Positions 1-12,757 of a stretch of 64,000 nucleotides of DNA are shown one piece after another. This DNA comes from Acidobacteriota bacterium (GTDB taxonomy: Bacteria > Acidobacteriota > UBA6911 > RPQK01 > CBDEGM01). Below the pieces are notes generated by a model. That model made no database searches, was not told where the DNA came from, and saw only the letters and a list, made by a program, of their open reading frames with translations. Position 1 is the first letter of the stretch, and each line of letters opens with the position of its first letter. Where the stretch lies: NCBI GenBank assembly GCA_965237715.1, contig CBDEGM010000002.1:565836-629835 (forward strand), read 5' to 3'. Both the position numbers and the translations under genes were made by a program.

Positions 1-336
1 CAAACCTCCTACCAGAAGCTCCAGCCTCTATTTTTGCCATCGCAGCGCGGCGGCTAATCAACCAAAACGGCAAAAACTTCAAAAGCCCTTTGACCGTCCT
101 TTAGGCTTGAAGGGACTTGCTCTTCCCAAGTATGCTTCCTTTAAGAAAAAACTTGCGAAGTTTCACAACCCTTCAAGAGCTTTCTGAGAGTCGCGGCGAC
201 AAGACACCGAGGAGAAAAAGGCTGTTCCTTGTCTGGCGTGTCCCAATGGTGGTAGCTCGACCTTTCCCGATAACTAATATTTGCAATCCCCGTAAACCAC
301 ATGCTAGCTTGGTCACCACTCACGTAAGAGATTGGG

Positions 337-356
337 TTTTCCACACCTGTGGAAAT
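337..356. promoter_or_regulatory. Inverted pair of DnaA boxes upstream of dnaA
   Basis: TTTTCCACA at 337-345 and TGTGGAAAT at 348-356, near the TTATCCACA consensus, about 70 bp before dnaA. Confidence 0.7.
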
Positions 357-424
357 AAGCGCGGACTCCAGGTTGGAGCGGCTGGCACTGCTTGCCGTAA
401 GTTGCCTCCTAAGCAGGGTAAGTT

Positions 425-1756
425 ATGGAGTTGTGGGATAGGATTCTCTCCTCGATTCAAACGCGTATCAGCAACCAAAACTTCGACATCTGGTTCCGCC
501 CAACCTCACTCCGAAAGCACGACCTTCAGAAACAGCGGCTCTTTGTGCGGGTTCCAAACAACCATTTTAAGCACTGGATCGCCGACAATTACAGCCGTGT
601 GATTGCTGATGCGCAGAAGGAACTCCACCTAGAAAATATTCAGATCATCTTCCAGGTTGAGGAAGGTGCCAGTGAGACCCGGGGAGCGAATGGAAAGCGC
701 GGAACCGACACAAGCGGGACAATCCCGTGTGCCCAGGCTGCGCTGTGTAATCTCAACCCGAAATACAACTTTACCAGCTTTGTGGTCGGTCTCTCCAATC
801 AACTGGCTCATGCCGCCTCACTAGCCGTGGCAGAACAGCCCTCTCGGGCCTATAATCCACTGTTTATTTACGGCGGGGTGGGGCTGGGAAAGACACACCT
901 AATGCATGCAATAGGACATTACATCAAAAAACGTTCGCCGGATAGCCGTTTGGTTTATATGTCTTCAGAACAATTCATGAATGAGCTGATCAACTCGATC
1001 CGCTATGACAAGACACTTCAGTTCCGCCGGAAATACCGCCACATCGATGTCCTTCTTGTGGATGATATCCAGTTCCTGGCGGGAAAGGAACGCACTCAAG
1101 AAGAGTTTTTTCATACCTTTAACGCCCTCTATGACACTCAAAAACAGATTGTTATTTCCAGCGATTCTCCACCAAAACAAATTCCCACGCTTGAAGAACG
1201 CTTACATAGCCGATTTGAGTGGGGGCTTATCGCTGACATCCAACCGCCGGATTTGGAAACCAAGATTGCTATCTTGTGTAAAAAGGCGGATTTGGAAAAT
1301 ATCTCCTTACCAGAAGAGGTCAGCCTCTTTATCGCTAAGAACATTAAATCGAACGTACGAGAGCTTGAGGGAGCGCTGATTCGCCTAGTGGCCTACAGTA
1401 GCCTCATTGGACAAGAGATCTCTTTACCCTTGGCACAACGGGTCCTGAGAAACCTTCTAGAAGAAAGCGCCCGGATTGTTTCGATTGGTTCGATCCAGGA
1501 GGTCGTAGCTCGCCATTATTCTTTGAGGGTTTTGGAATTAAAAGCAAAAGATAATTCGCGGCGTATTGCTGAACCGCGGCAAATCGCGATGTTCCTTTGC
1601 AAGGAGCTGACAGATAACTCCCTCCCAAAAATTGGTAGGGAGTTTGGTGGTAAGCACCACACAACAGTGCTGCATGCAGTCCGTAAAATTAGGCGTTTAC
1701 GCACTGTAGATCCAAAAATCCACAGCGCTTTAAAGAAGCTAACTGACTGTATTTAG
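425..1756 (+). CDS. dnaA: Chromosomal replication initiator protein DnaA
   Basis: Walker A GGVGLGKT, LLVDDIQF, RSRFEWGL, C-terminal domain IV (GREFGGKHHTTVLHA). Confidence 0.99.
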   Translation: MELWDRILSSIQTRISNQNFDIWFRPTSLRKHDLQKQRLFVRVPNNHFKHWIADNYSRVIADAQKELHLENIQIIFQVEEGASETRGANGKRGTDTSGTIPCAQAALCNLNPKYNFTSFVVGLSNQLAHAASLAVAEQPSRAYNPLFIYGGVGLGKTHLMHAIGHYIKKRSPDSRLVYMSSEQFMNELINSIRYDKTLQFRRKYRHIDVLLVDDIQFLAGKERTQEEFFHTFNALYDTQKQIVISSDSPPKQIPTLEERLHSRFEWGLIADIQPPDLETKIAILCKKADLENISLPEEVSLFIAKNIKSNVRELEGALIRLVAYSSLIGQEISLPLAQRVLRNLLEESARIVSIGSIQEVVARHYSLRVLELKAKDNSRRIAEPRQIAMFLCKELTDNSLPKIGREFGGKHHTTVLHAVRKIRRLRTVDPKIHSALKKLTDCI

Positions 1757-1997
1757 TCGCGTTGCGGTTTTCCTGCAGTTGGATGGTTGTGTATGAAAAG
1801 ATCTACTCCGGAAACCAGCCGGATTCGAGCCGTAATCATCAGTGCCTCACGGTTGGGTTCACAGATCCTCAGCCTATTTACCAATACAAAATTAAAGACT
1901 TAGAGATCTTTTCCACAAACTACACAAGAACTACTACTAAAACTAAAATATCTAATTGAGTTATTTAGTTCCAATTCTAAGAAACAGGTAGAAAATA
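1757..1997. other. Probable oriC unwinding region (DnaA box, DnaA-trio-like repeats, AT-rich tract)
   Basis: TTTTCCACA at 1909-1917, a degenerate second box, then ACTACTACTAAAACTAAAATA at 1930-1950 in the AT-rich dnaA-dnaN spacer. Confidence 0.75.
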
Positions 1998-3104
1998 ATG
2001 CGTTTTGTGATAAAGCAGAGCGATTTCCTAAAAGAGCTGCAATATACACAGGGAGTCATTGAGCGTAAGAACACGGTTCCTATTCTCTCGCATGTTTTGA
2101 TAGAAGCATCGGGGAAAAACCTACTTATCGCAGCAACTGATTTAGATGTGAGCATCCAATGCGCCAGCCCCGCAGACATACAAACCAGCGGCGCGGCGGC
2201 AGTATCGGCCCGAAAGCTTTTCGAGATTGTTAGATTGCTACCAAACGAGGATATCTCCATCAAAGCATTGGATCGCGGCTGGATCCAAATCATCTGTGGA
2301 AATTCTAGGTTTAAGGTGGCGGCGCTGGAGAAAGAGAGCTTCCCCAAGATACCAGCTCTGGATGGGACGACGATTTCTCTACCCGCTCCGACTCTCCGGG
2401 GTATGATCGGGCGCTGCATCTTCGCCATTGCCGAGGAAGAATCGCGCTATATGCTCAATGGGGCGTTGATGCTTCTAAAGTCCGGTGTTCTGACGTTAGT
2501 GGCTACTGATGGGCATCGTCTGGCGCTGATTAGCCGTGAGGAAAAAGGAATTGATCTGGAGGAAGAGAGGAGAGTCCTTGTTCCAAAAAAGACGCTTGTA
2601 GAGCTAGGTAAGCTTGTTTCTAGTGAGGAGGCCAATGTAGAATTCGCTGGCGATGAGAACCATCTCTTTTTTAAGGTGGGACACCGGGTTTTGGTTTCAC
2701 GCACCCTCGCCGGCCAATTCCCGAACTATGAGCTGGTGATCCCTCGAGAGAACGATAAGAAGATTGTGATGAATGCGGCGGCGCTTACAGTGGGGTTGAG
2801 GCGTGCGGCGATTTTGGCCGATGAGCAATCTCGCGCAGTACATCTATCTTTTAAAGAGGACCAGTTGCACATTTCGGCAACCAGCGCCGATATAGGTGAG
2901 GCCAGAGAGTCGGTGGCGGTGGAGTATCAGGGGGAACCACTTGAAATAGGGTTCAACGCCCAGTATCTACTGGATTTTCTCGCCAACCTCGAAAGTGAAG
3001 AGGTTGTTCTTGAAGCACGCGACTCGGAAACACAAGGGCTACTAAAGCCGAAGCCAGAACCGGACTACGCGTACAACTATGTAGTCATGCCCATGAAGTT
3101 GTAG
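1998..3104 (+). CDS. dnaN: DNA polymerase III beta sliding clamp
   Basis: ATDL, VATDGHRL, GQFPNY, IGFNAQYLLD, terminal VVMPMKL; follows dnaA. Confidence 0.99.
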   Translation: MRFVIKQSDFLKELQYTQGVIERKNTVPILSHVLIEASGKNLLIAATDLDVSIQCASPADIQTSGAAAVSARKLFEIVRLLPNEDISIKALDRGWIQIICGNSRFKVAALEKESFPKIPALDGTTISLPAPTLRGMIGRCIFAIAEEESRYMLNGALMLLKSGVLTLVATDGHRLALISREEKGIDLEEERRVLVPKKTLVELGKLVSSEEANVEFAGDENHLFFKVGHRVLVSRTLAGQFPNYELVIPRENDKKIVMNAAALTVGLRRAAILADEQSRAVHLSFKEDQLHISATSADIGEARESVAVEYQGEPLEIGFNAQYLLDFLANLESEEVVLEARDSETQGLLKPKPEPDYAYNYVVMPMKL

Positions 3105-3238
3105 AAGCGGCACCTAAACCTAAGCCTTACCCCACAATACAGTGTATATATAATTACAATGCTACTATATATTCCACTCACCGGTTTTAAAACCGGAGGG
3201 TTAGTGATATATAATACAGAGGTTTTATCTGCGCTTGA

Positions 3239-5850
<2,612 letters not shown>

Positions 5851-5853
5851 CGC

Positions 5854-8307
5854 ATGCCTGAAGATGTGATTCGGGAGCTACCCGTCAACATCGAAGAGGA
5901 AATGAAGAGGTCCTACCTGGACTACGCCATGTCGGTTATTATCGGGCGGGCTTTGCCCGATGTACGGGATGGTTTAAAACCGGTTCATCGCCGGGTTCTC
6001 TATGCGATGAACGAACTAAACAACAATTACAATCGCCCTTATAAGAAGTCGGCGCGCGTGGTAGGTGATGTTATTGGAAAGTACCACCCTCACGGAGAGA
6101 CCGCGGTCTACGATGCGATCGTGCGCATGGCTCAGGATTTTTCGATGCGCGAACCCCTTGTCGATGGGCAGGGAAACTTTGGGTCTATCGACGGCGATTC
6201 GGCGGCGGCGATGCGTTACACAGAGGTTCGCCTGGCCCGCATTGCCGAAGAGCTCTTAGCGGATATCGACAAGGACACAGTCGATTTTCAGCCGAACTAC
6301 GACGATTCGCTAATGGAGCCGCTGGTGTTTCCTGCGAAGATTCCCAACCTTATTATAACCGGAGCGTCGGGCATTGCCGTAGGTATGGCGACGAACATCC
6401 CACCGCATAATCTGGGGGAGGTTATTAACGCCACGTTACTCTTGCTGGACCGGGCCGATGCCTCTTTGGCCGAGCTGATGGAACTGGTGCCGGGTCCGGA
6501 CTTCCCCACAAGGGCTTTTATCTATGGCCGCTCGGGAATTCGGCAGGGCTACGAAACGGGGCGGGGCGTGATCCAGATGCGAGCGCGAGCGGCGATTGAG
6601 AAGATCGGCAAGGAGCGCGAGGCGATTATTGTTCATGAGATTCCCTATCAGGTCAACAAGGCAAAACTGATTGAGAAGATCGCGGATTTGGTGCGAGCGA
6701 AGAGGCTCGACGGGATCAGCGACCTACGCGATGAGTCGGATCGCCAGGGAATGCGCATTGTCATCGAGTTAAAAAAGGGCGAGCAACCCCAAATTGTCCT
6801 CAATCAGCTTTATAAGTTGACCCCCATGCAGTGCTCATTCGGGATGAATGTTCTGGCGATCGTCAATGGGGAGCCGCAAACGCTGAGCTTAATTCAGATC
6901 CTCCGCCTTTTTCTGGATCACCGCAAGGAGGTTGTGCTGCGGCGAACCGGGTTCGATCTGGGTAGAACTGAAGATCGAACCCACATTCTGGAGGGATTGA
7001 AAAAGGCACTGGATCATTTGGATGCAACGATTACCCTGATCCGGAATTCAAAATCCCCTGCTCAGGCCAAGGAACAGTTGATTTCTAAGTTCGATTTTAC
7101 AGAGAAACAGGCCCAAGCCATTTTGGAGATGAGGTTGCAGCGCTTGACGGGGCTGGAGCGAGACAAGATTGTGGAGGAGTATGAAGCAGTAATCAGGAAA
7201 ATTGCTGAGCTTAAGGAAATCCTCAGGAATGAGAAGGCTCTGAAGGAAGTCATCAGGGAGGAGCTGATCGAAGTTCAAAAACAGTATCAAAATCCCCGCC
7301 GCACGGTGATCGTGGATGAGGCAGTCGAACTGACAATGGAAGACCTGATCGCGGATGAGCAAGTCGTTATTACTGCCACCCGCGGCGGGTATATCAAGAG
7401 AACCAACCTCCATATTTATAAGAGCCAGCGGCGCGGCGGGAAGGGACGGGTTGGGATGTCCACCAAGACCGAAGAAGATGTGATCAGCTATCTCTTCATC
7501 GCTTCTACTCACAGCTACATCCTGATTTTCACCGACAGGGGAAGAATCTACTGGCTGAAGGTTTACGAAATTCCGGATGTGGGGGCCGCAGGCAAGGGTA
7601 AGGCCATCGTCAGTCTGATCAATCTGGAGTCGAACGAGGCGATTGCTGACATGGTTGCTGTTCAGGACTTTTCTCAAGGCGGCTATGTGGTGATGTGCTC
7701 GCGTCATGGATACATCAAGAAAACAGAGCTGGAGGCGTTTTCCAACCCCCGGGTTAACGGAATCATCGCCTGTTTGGTGGAGGAGGAAGATGAACTGATC
7801 GCCTCTGCCCTGAGTGAGGGCGATAGCGACATTATCCTCTGCACCAATGGAGGCAAGTCGATCCGTTTTTCCGAACAGGAAGTTCGGGATATGGGCCGCA
7901 CCGCCCGCGGGGTAAAGGGAATCGTTCTCAGGCGGGACGATCAGGTTGTGAGCATGGATGTCCTGCGAGATGAAGAGGGAGATATACTTGGGGTCACGAA
8001 GAATGGTTTCGGGAAGCGGACCCCGGTCAAGGAGTACAGGCGTCAGGGTCGAGGCGGAGCGGGGGTCATCAACATCAAAACAACGAGCCGGAATGGCAGG
8101 GTGGTGAGTGCCCGACATGTGCGCGAGGATTCAGAAGTGATCATCATTACAAAGGGGGGCAAGATCATCCGGCTGGAAGCGGTCCGAATCCGCCAAACCT
8201 TGTCTCGGAGTGCTCAAGGCGTGAAGCTAATCGAGCTGGGAAATGAGGACAAGGTGGCCGATCTTACCCTCGTTCCGCGAGAAGAGGAAGCTGATGAAGA
8301 AGTTTGA
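5854..8307 (+). CDS. gyrA: DNA gyrase subunit A
   Basis: [15 protein letters not shown] catalytic Tyr, GyrA-box QRRGGKG, C-terminal pinwheel repeats. Confidence 0.99.
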   Translation: MPEDVIRELPVNIEEEMKRSYLDYAMSVIIGRALPDVRDGLKPVHRRVLYAMNELNNNYNRPYKKSARVVGDVIGKYHPHGETAVYDAIVRMAQDFSMREPLVDGQGNFGSIDGDSAAAMRYTEVRLARIAEELLADIDKDTVDFQPNYDDSLMEPLVFPAKIPNLIITGASGIAVGMATNIPPHNLGEVINATLLLLDRADASLAELMELVPGPDFPTRAFIYGRSGIRQGYETGRGVIQMRARAAIEKIGKEREAIIVHEIPYQVNKAKLIEKIADLVRAKRLDGISDLRDESDRQGMRIVIELKKGEQPQIVLNQLYKLTPMQCSFGMNVLAIVNGEPQTLSLIQILRLFLDHRKEVVLRRTGFDLGRTEDRTHILEGLKKALDHLDATITLIRNSKSPAQAKEQLISKFDFTEKQAQAILEMRLQRLTGLERDKIVEEYEAVIRKIAELKEILRNEKALKEVIREELIEVQKQYQNPRRTVIVDEAVELTMEDLIADEQVVITATRGGYIKRTNLHIYKSQRRGGKGRVGMSTKTEEDVISYLFIASTHSYILIFTDRGRIYWLKVYEIPDVGAAGKGKAIVSLINLESNEAIADMVAVQDFSQGGYVVMCSRHGYIKKTELEAFSNPRVNGIIACLVEEEDELIASALSEGDSDIILCTNGGKSIRFSEQEVRDMGRTARGVKGIVLRRDDQVVSMDVLRDEEGDILGVTKNGFGKRTPVKEYRRQGRGGAGVINIKTTSRNGRVVSARHVREDSEVIIITKGGKIIRLEAVRIRQTLSRSAQGVKLIELGNEDKVADLTLVPREEEADEEV

Positions 8308-9109
8308 CCTCGTCCTTTTCCTCCCCTTTGCCATTTTTGCGATAGGCGTTTTCCTCTATGTTGGAACCCAGAATGAGGCTCGTGTGCAATTTCTCCGAGC
8401 GCAAGATCAGTGGCGCAGCGGGCAGTATGGCGAAGCGATACATCTCTACGAGGGTGTCTTCAGGGACTATCCGAAAGGCCGGTATGCCGACCATGCGCTT
8501 TGGGAAATGGGCACCATTCACTACGTCAACTCCCACCATGTCGACCGGGCCGTTGTGTGCCTCCAAAAGCTTCTGCGCCTTTACCCCAAGAGTCCCCTAG
8601 CAAGGGACGCCGAACTTAGACTAGCTGAAATTCATGAGGCGGAATTGGGCAACATGGCTCAAGCCATATCCTATTGGCAGCAAGTTCTTGGCCGAGATTC
8701 GTCTCCTGCTCTGGGCCGCCGAGTTCGCTTCAAGATGGCCAGCGCCCATTTCAAAATAAGCCAGTTTCAAGTAGCCCGAAAGCAGTTCCAGCGTGTCGTT
8801 AATGCTGGCCCCAATGATCACCTGTCGGAACAATCAGAGATCCGCGTAGGAACCATTTTGCAGATCCAGAAGGATTACCCCGGCTCGACAGAGTGCTTCA
8901 GGCGGGTACTGGCCAGCACTGAGTGTGACGATTGCCGGATACAAGCTCAGCTAGGGCTCATCGAAAGCTATGAGTTCATGGAGGAACTGGGAAGGGCGAT
9001 TGAAACGGCACAGGCGATTCGCCATGAGGGTCACCTGCTGCCGATGAAGGAAGGGTTGCTTGAGCGTTTGAGGGAAAAAGGGAGGTATTACGAGGCACAA
9101 CACAGGTAG
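8294..9109 (+). CDS. Membrane-anchored tetratricopeptide-repeat protein
   Basis: N-terminal hydrophobic helix, repeated YPKG/YPKS TPR-type helices; overlaps the gyrA stop. Confidence 0.8.
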   Translation: MKKFDLVLFLPFAIFAIGVFLYVGTQNEARVQFLRAQDQWRSGQYGEAIHLYEGVFRDYPKGRYADHALWEMGTIHYVNSHHVDRAVVCLQKLLRLYPKSPLARDAELRLAEIHEAELGNMAQAISYWQQVLGRDSSPALGRRVRFKMASAHFKISQFQVARKQFQRVVNAGPNDHLSEQSEIRVGTILQIQKDYPGSTECFRRVLASTECDDCRIQAQLGLIESYEFMEELGRAIETAQAIRHEGHLLPMKEGLLERLREKGRYYEAQHR

Positions 9110-9133
9110 CCCCCCCCCCCCCCCCCCCCCCCC
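9110..9133. repeat. Poly-C homopolymer (24 nt)
   Basis: Uninterrupted C run directly after the TPR gene stop. Confidence 0.9.
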
Positions 9134-9245
9134 AAGGCAGTGTCGCTGTGTGTGCCCAGCAGACCCGGCCGAATTCCTTGACACCACAAACCGGCCCGGA
9201 TAGGATCTAAAAAGGCTTTATTTTAGGGTGAAAGGAGTGTGAAGC

Positions 9246-9446
9246 TTGGCTATCGTCATTGTTCAAGAAGGCGAATCACTGGAAAGCGCGTTGCGCAGAT
9301 TCAAGAGGAAGGTGCAGCAAGAGGAGATCATTAAGGATGCGAAAAGGCACTCCTATTATCTGAAACCCGGGGAGAAGCGCCGAGTAAAACAGGCGTTGGC
9401 CCGCAAGCGCAACCAGAAAAAGGCTCGCCTAAGAAGCTTTCATTAG
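9246..9446 (+). CDS. rpsU: 30S ribosomal protein S21
   Basis: ESLESALRRFKRKV...YYLKPGEKRR; AAGGAG RBS before a TTG start. Confidence 0.97.
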   Translation: MAIVIVQEGESLESALRRFKRKVQQEEIIKDAKRHSYYLKPGEKRRVKQALARKRNQKKARLRSFH

Positions 9447-9519
9447 GCCGTTGCTCTGGGTGTTGTCTCTGTCGTGGAAAGCTTCCACGATCAGGAGACG
9501 AAGGCCGATCGGCTCCCGA

Positions 9520-10137
9520 CTATCCAGGGTTAATGCAACGTACCACCTTCCAGTGGCCCAGGACGTCAATCTTTTCCATTGTCTCGATTCTCAGCCCGCA
9601 TTCTTGCATCATATTCCGGAGGCGCAGATCGGTGCGGAAGCCGATTCGATAGAACAGCGGTGACAGGAGCCGCTCAATCCAACCCAAAACCGGATATTCA
9701 TACTGGAAATGATTCAAGAACACCAGGTACCCTCCTGGCTTGCACACTCGTTTCATCTCAAGAATCACTCGAACCGGATCCGGCACCGCCGAAATGAAAT
9801 AGGCGGCTAGTACCCGGTCAAAGCCGTTGTCCGGGAACTGCAGCTTCGCCGCATCCATCTTGACCAGGCAGATGTTTTTCAGTTCAAGCTCACGGATTCG
9901 TTTTTCGGCCCGCTCAAGCATTTTCTGAGACAAATCGATAGCACTGATCGTGATGTGTCTGGGAAGCATGGGGATGGACAGCCCCGTTCCCACCCCCACT
10001 TCCAGCAAGCGCGCTCCGGCGAATAAGTCGAGCAGCTCTAATGCTGCTTCCCTACCGCCGTGAAACAGCCTTCCGAAGATCAGGTCGTAGACAGGAGAGT
10101 AGCGGTTGTAGAGTTTCTCAACATACTCGACGGTCAC
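9520..10137 (-). CDS. Class I SAM-dependent methyltransferase (PmtA-like phospholipid N-methyltransferase)
   Basis: YSPVYDLIFG, LEVGVGTG, EMKRVCKPGG; GTG start chosen by homology. Confidence 0.8.
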   Translation of the reverse strand: MTVEYVEKLYNRYSPVYDLIFGRLFHGGREAALELLDLFAGARLLEVGVGTGLSIPMLPRHITISAIDLSQKMLERAEKRIRELELKNICLVKMDAAKLQFPDNGFDRVLAAYFISAVPDPVRVILEMKRVCKPGGYLVFLNHFQYEYPVLGWIERLLSPLFYRIGFRTDLRLRNMMQECGLRIETMEKIDVLGHWKVVRCINPG

Positions 10138-10287
10138 TGCTAGAATCCCCTTCTTGAAAAGATCGAGGCATTGTAACACTTCAGGCAGCGACCCCAAAGG
10201 AATTTCTCTCCTCCTTCCCCGGGGTGGCATCTGCTAAGCTCGGATTATTCATAAAGTATCTGCTGCATCGAGGCATGCTCTGATGAA

Positions 10288-10370
10288 CACACCCGTCTGC
10301 CTGCGGCGGACACCCCTCTCAAGAGGGGACTACCCCGCCGCTTCGCGGCACCCCTCCGCAGGAGGGGACT
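10288..10370. repeat. Two tandem REP-like double-hairpin units
   Basis: ACCC..-hairpin-CACCCCTC-N-GAGGGGACT unit present twice. Confidence 0.7.
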
Positions 10371-10378
10371 ACCTTCCG

Positions 10379-10470
10379 ATGCGTTGCGCTTCCTCGGCCT
10401 CCTCGACGTAGTGCACGAGTACGCCTCTGCAGGGCGACGCCTGGTCAGGCCGGTGCTTTCGCCGCCACGG
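10379..10470 (+). repeat. Partial copy of the MITE core found at 26902-27117
   Basis: GCGTTGCGCTTC.TCGGCCTCCTCGACGTA.TGCACGAGTACGCCT shared with about 26980-27026. Confidence 0.75.
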
Positions 10471-10477
10471 CAACGAT

Positions 10478-11895
10478 TCAGCCCTTTACCAGGTGCAGCT
10501 TCATCAAGCTGGCGTGGCCCCGCTCGACAAGGGGAGCTCCGGTGAGGATGATGAGATTGTCGTTCTTCCTGACTAGCTTGTGGCGCAGTAGAATTCTTTC
10601 TGCAGCCGGAATCAAATCGTCTACGCTGTGGATCTCAGCCATGAGAATGGGCCTGGTGCCCCAAAAGAGGCTCATCCGACTGGCAATACGCGGGTGGGGC
10701 GTAAAGGCAAAGATATCGGTAGCGGGTCGATATTTGGAAATAAGACGGGCAGTGTCGCCGGATTGGGTGAAAGCAATCACGGCTGTGGCGCTGGTGGTTT
10801 GCGAGGCACGATAGGCAGTGTCGCATATGGTCTTTGGGAAGGAGAGCCCTCGCGCAGTCATGGTCGCCCGATGTCCAAAATCTAGACCTAAACTTTCCGC
10901 CTCACAGATAATTTTGGCCATCATCTTCACGGACTCGACGGGAAAATTCCCTTTGGCGGTTTCTCCGGAGAGCATCACGGCATCGCTTCCATCGAAAACC
11001 GCATTGGCGACATCCGAAGCCTCTGCCCGCGTTGGCAGTGGATGTGCCATCATCGACTCCAGCATCTGGGTTGCGGTAATCACCAGCTTTCTCTTTCTAT
11101 TTGCTTCTCTTATGATGACCTTTTGGATGACGGGGACCTTTCCGGGCGACATTTCCACTCCGAGATCTCCCCGGGCTATCATCACTCCCTCGCACACTTC
11201 CATGATCTGATCCAGATTCTCAATCGCCTGCGGCTTTTCCAATTTCGCAATCACCGGGATGCCTGACCTTTTTCTTGCCAGTCTTCGTTTCAAGACCAAC
11301 ACGTCGTGGGCTGAGCGGACGAAAGAAAGAGCAATGTAGTCAACTTGTTGGTTATGCCGAATTCCAGATCCCGCAGATCCTTTCTTGTTAGTGCGGGCGC
11401 CGAGGTCACCACACCGGGGATGTTGATCCCCTGGTTTTGAGCCAGATCGCCTCCTCTGACTATCCCGCAGCGAATCTCGGTGCGGGAAGTGGAAATCACC
11501 CTCAGTTTGATCAGTCCATCGGAGAGAAGGATTGAGTCTCCAGCTTTGACGTCCGAGGGAAGAGCCGCATAGGAGGTAGAGATTGCTCTGTGATCTCCGG
11601 CGATCGGTCGTGTCGTGATGGTCAGGGACCTTCCGGCCTTGAGCTGGACCGGGCCACCATTCTTCAGTTGTCCTGTCCGAACCTTTGGGCCTTGCAAGTC
11701 CTGGAGAATGGCCACAGGTTTGCCAAGCTTGCATGAAAGGCGGCGAACTTCTCGAATCACTCGGTGATAGGTTTCATGGCAGCCATGGGAAAAATTAAGC
11801 CTCACTACATCGACGCCTGCTCGGATCAGCTGGCGGAGCTTGACCGGGGACTCCGTGGCCGGGCCAATCGTAGCAACGATCTTTGCTTTTCGCAT
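10478..11895 (-). CDS. pyk: Pyruvate kinase (one frameshift near 11350)
   Basis: N-half KIVATIGPA, RLNFSHG, DLQGPKVRTG; C-half IAKLEK, MIARGDLGVE, ATQMLESM in another frame. Confidence 0.93.
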
Positions 11896-12033
11896 CGCTG
11901 TTTTTCTGTCCGAACCTGCAATCTGCCCAGAGACCGGCAGCGGTTGCAACTTTCTCTCTGCTCAGGAAACCGCACACAAGAACTCGCGGTATGATAATCT
12001 AAAGTACCAAGCTTTAACCATGGACCGTTGAGA

Positions 12034-12603
12034 GTGCCAACCCTCCTCCAGGCCGCCAGGATATTACTGAACGAGCACACCAGGAGCGAAAGCCTTATCA
12101 AACATGCCCTGGCAGTGGAGGCTGCCATGAAGGCCTATGCCCGCAAACTAGGAGAGGATGAAGAGAAGTGGGGCATTGTTGGGCTGATGCACGACCTTGA
12201 CTATGAACAGCATCCGAATCCGGAAGAACATCCACTGGTGGGATCGTTGATTCTTAAGGAACAAGGCTACCCTGAAGATGTAATCTATGCCATTAAGTCG
12301 CACGCGCAGTACCTGGGGTTGCCCAGGAAGGGCTTTATGGATAAGACTCTCTTTGCGATCGATGAATTGTGCGGCTTCATAACGGCAGTTACGTTGGTCA
12401 GACCTGGAAAGAAAGTCGCAGAGGTTCCCGTCCGGTCGGTCAAAAAAGAAGCTAAAGGACAGGGCTTTCGCTAGGGGGTCAACCGAGAAGAGATCCGTCA
12501 AGGAGCAGCTGACCTGGGAGTAGAACTGGATGAGCACATAGGATTTGTTATCGAGGCTATGGCTACCTGCGCGGAAGAACTGGGCTTGGCTGGCTCCGGT
12601 TGA
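12034..12603 (+). CDS. HD-domain (HDIG-type) phosphohydrolase (frameshift in the A-run near 12445)
   Basis: KHALAVEAAM, GLMHDLDYE, AIDELCGF; C-terminus KDRAFARGVNREEI continues in the shifted frame to TGA at 12603. Confidence 0.85.
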
Positions 12604-12757
12604 ATTTTTCCTGCCTCCGGGGAAGGTGTCGTCACCACCGGTTGACCTGGAGAAAGAAGAGCCGGTATGATCGACCCCAGGCGGCGAACAGAAAGCTCAA
12701 TAGAACCCGGCCTTTGGGGTTCGACCATTCCCCAACCCTAGGTGAGGACGGTGGGCT

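Noticed and set aside
117-602. ORFs upstream of and overlapping dnaA
   Set aside because: They overlap the dnaA promoter and DnaA boxes and show no protein motifs
7048-8118. Long antisense ORFs (also 12632-13759, 20842-21795, 33207-34124, 38455-39627, 54484-55980)
   Set aside because: Shadows of well-supported genes on the opposite strand, with no recognisable motifs
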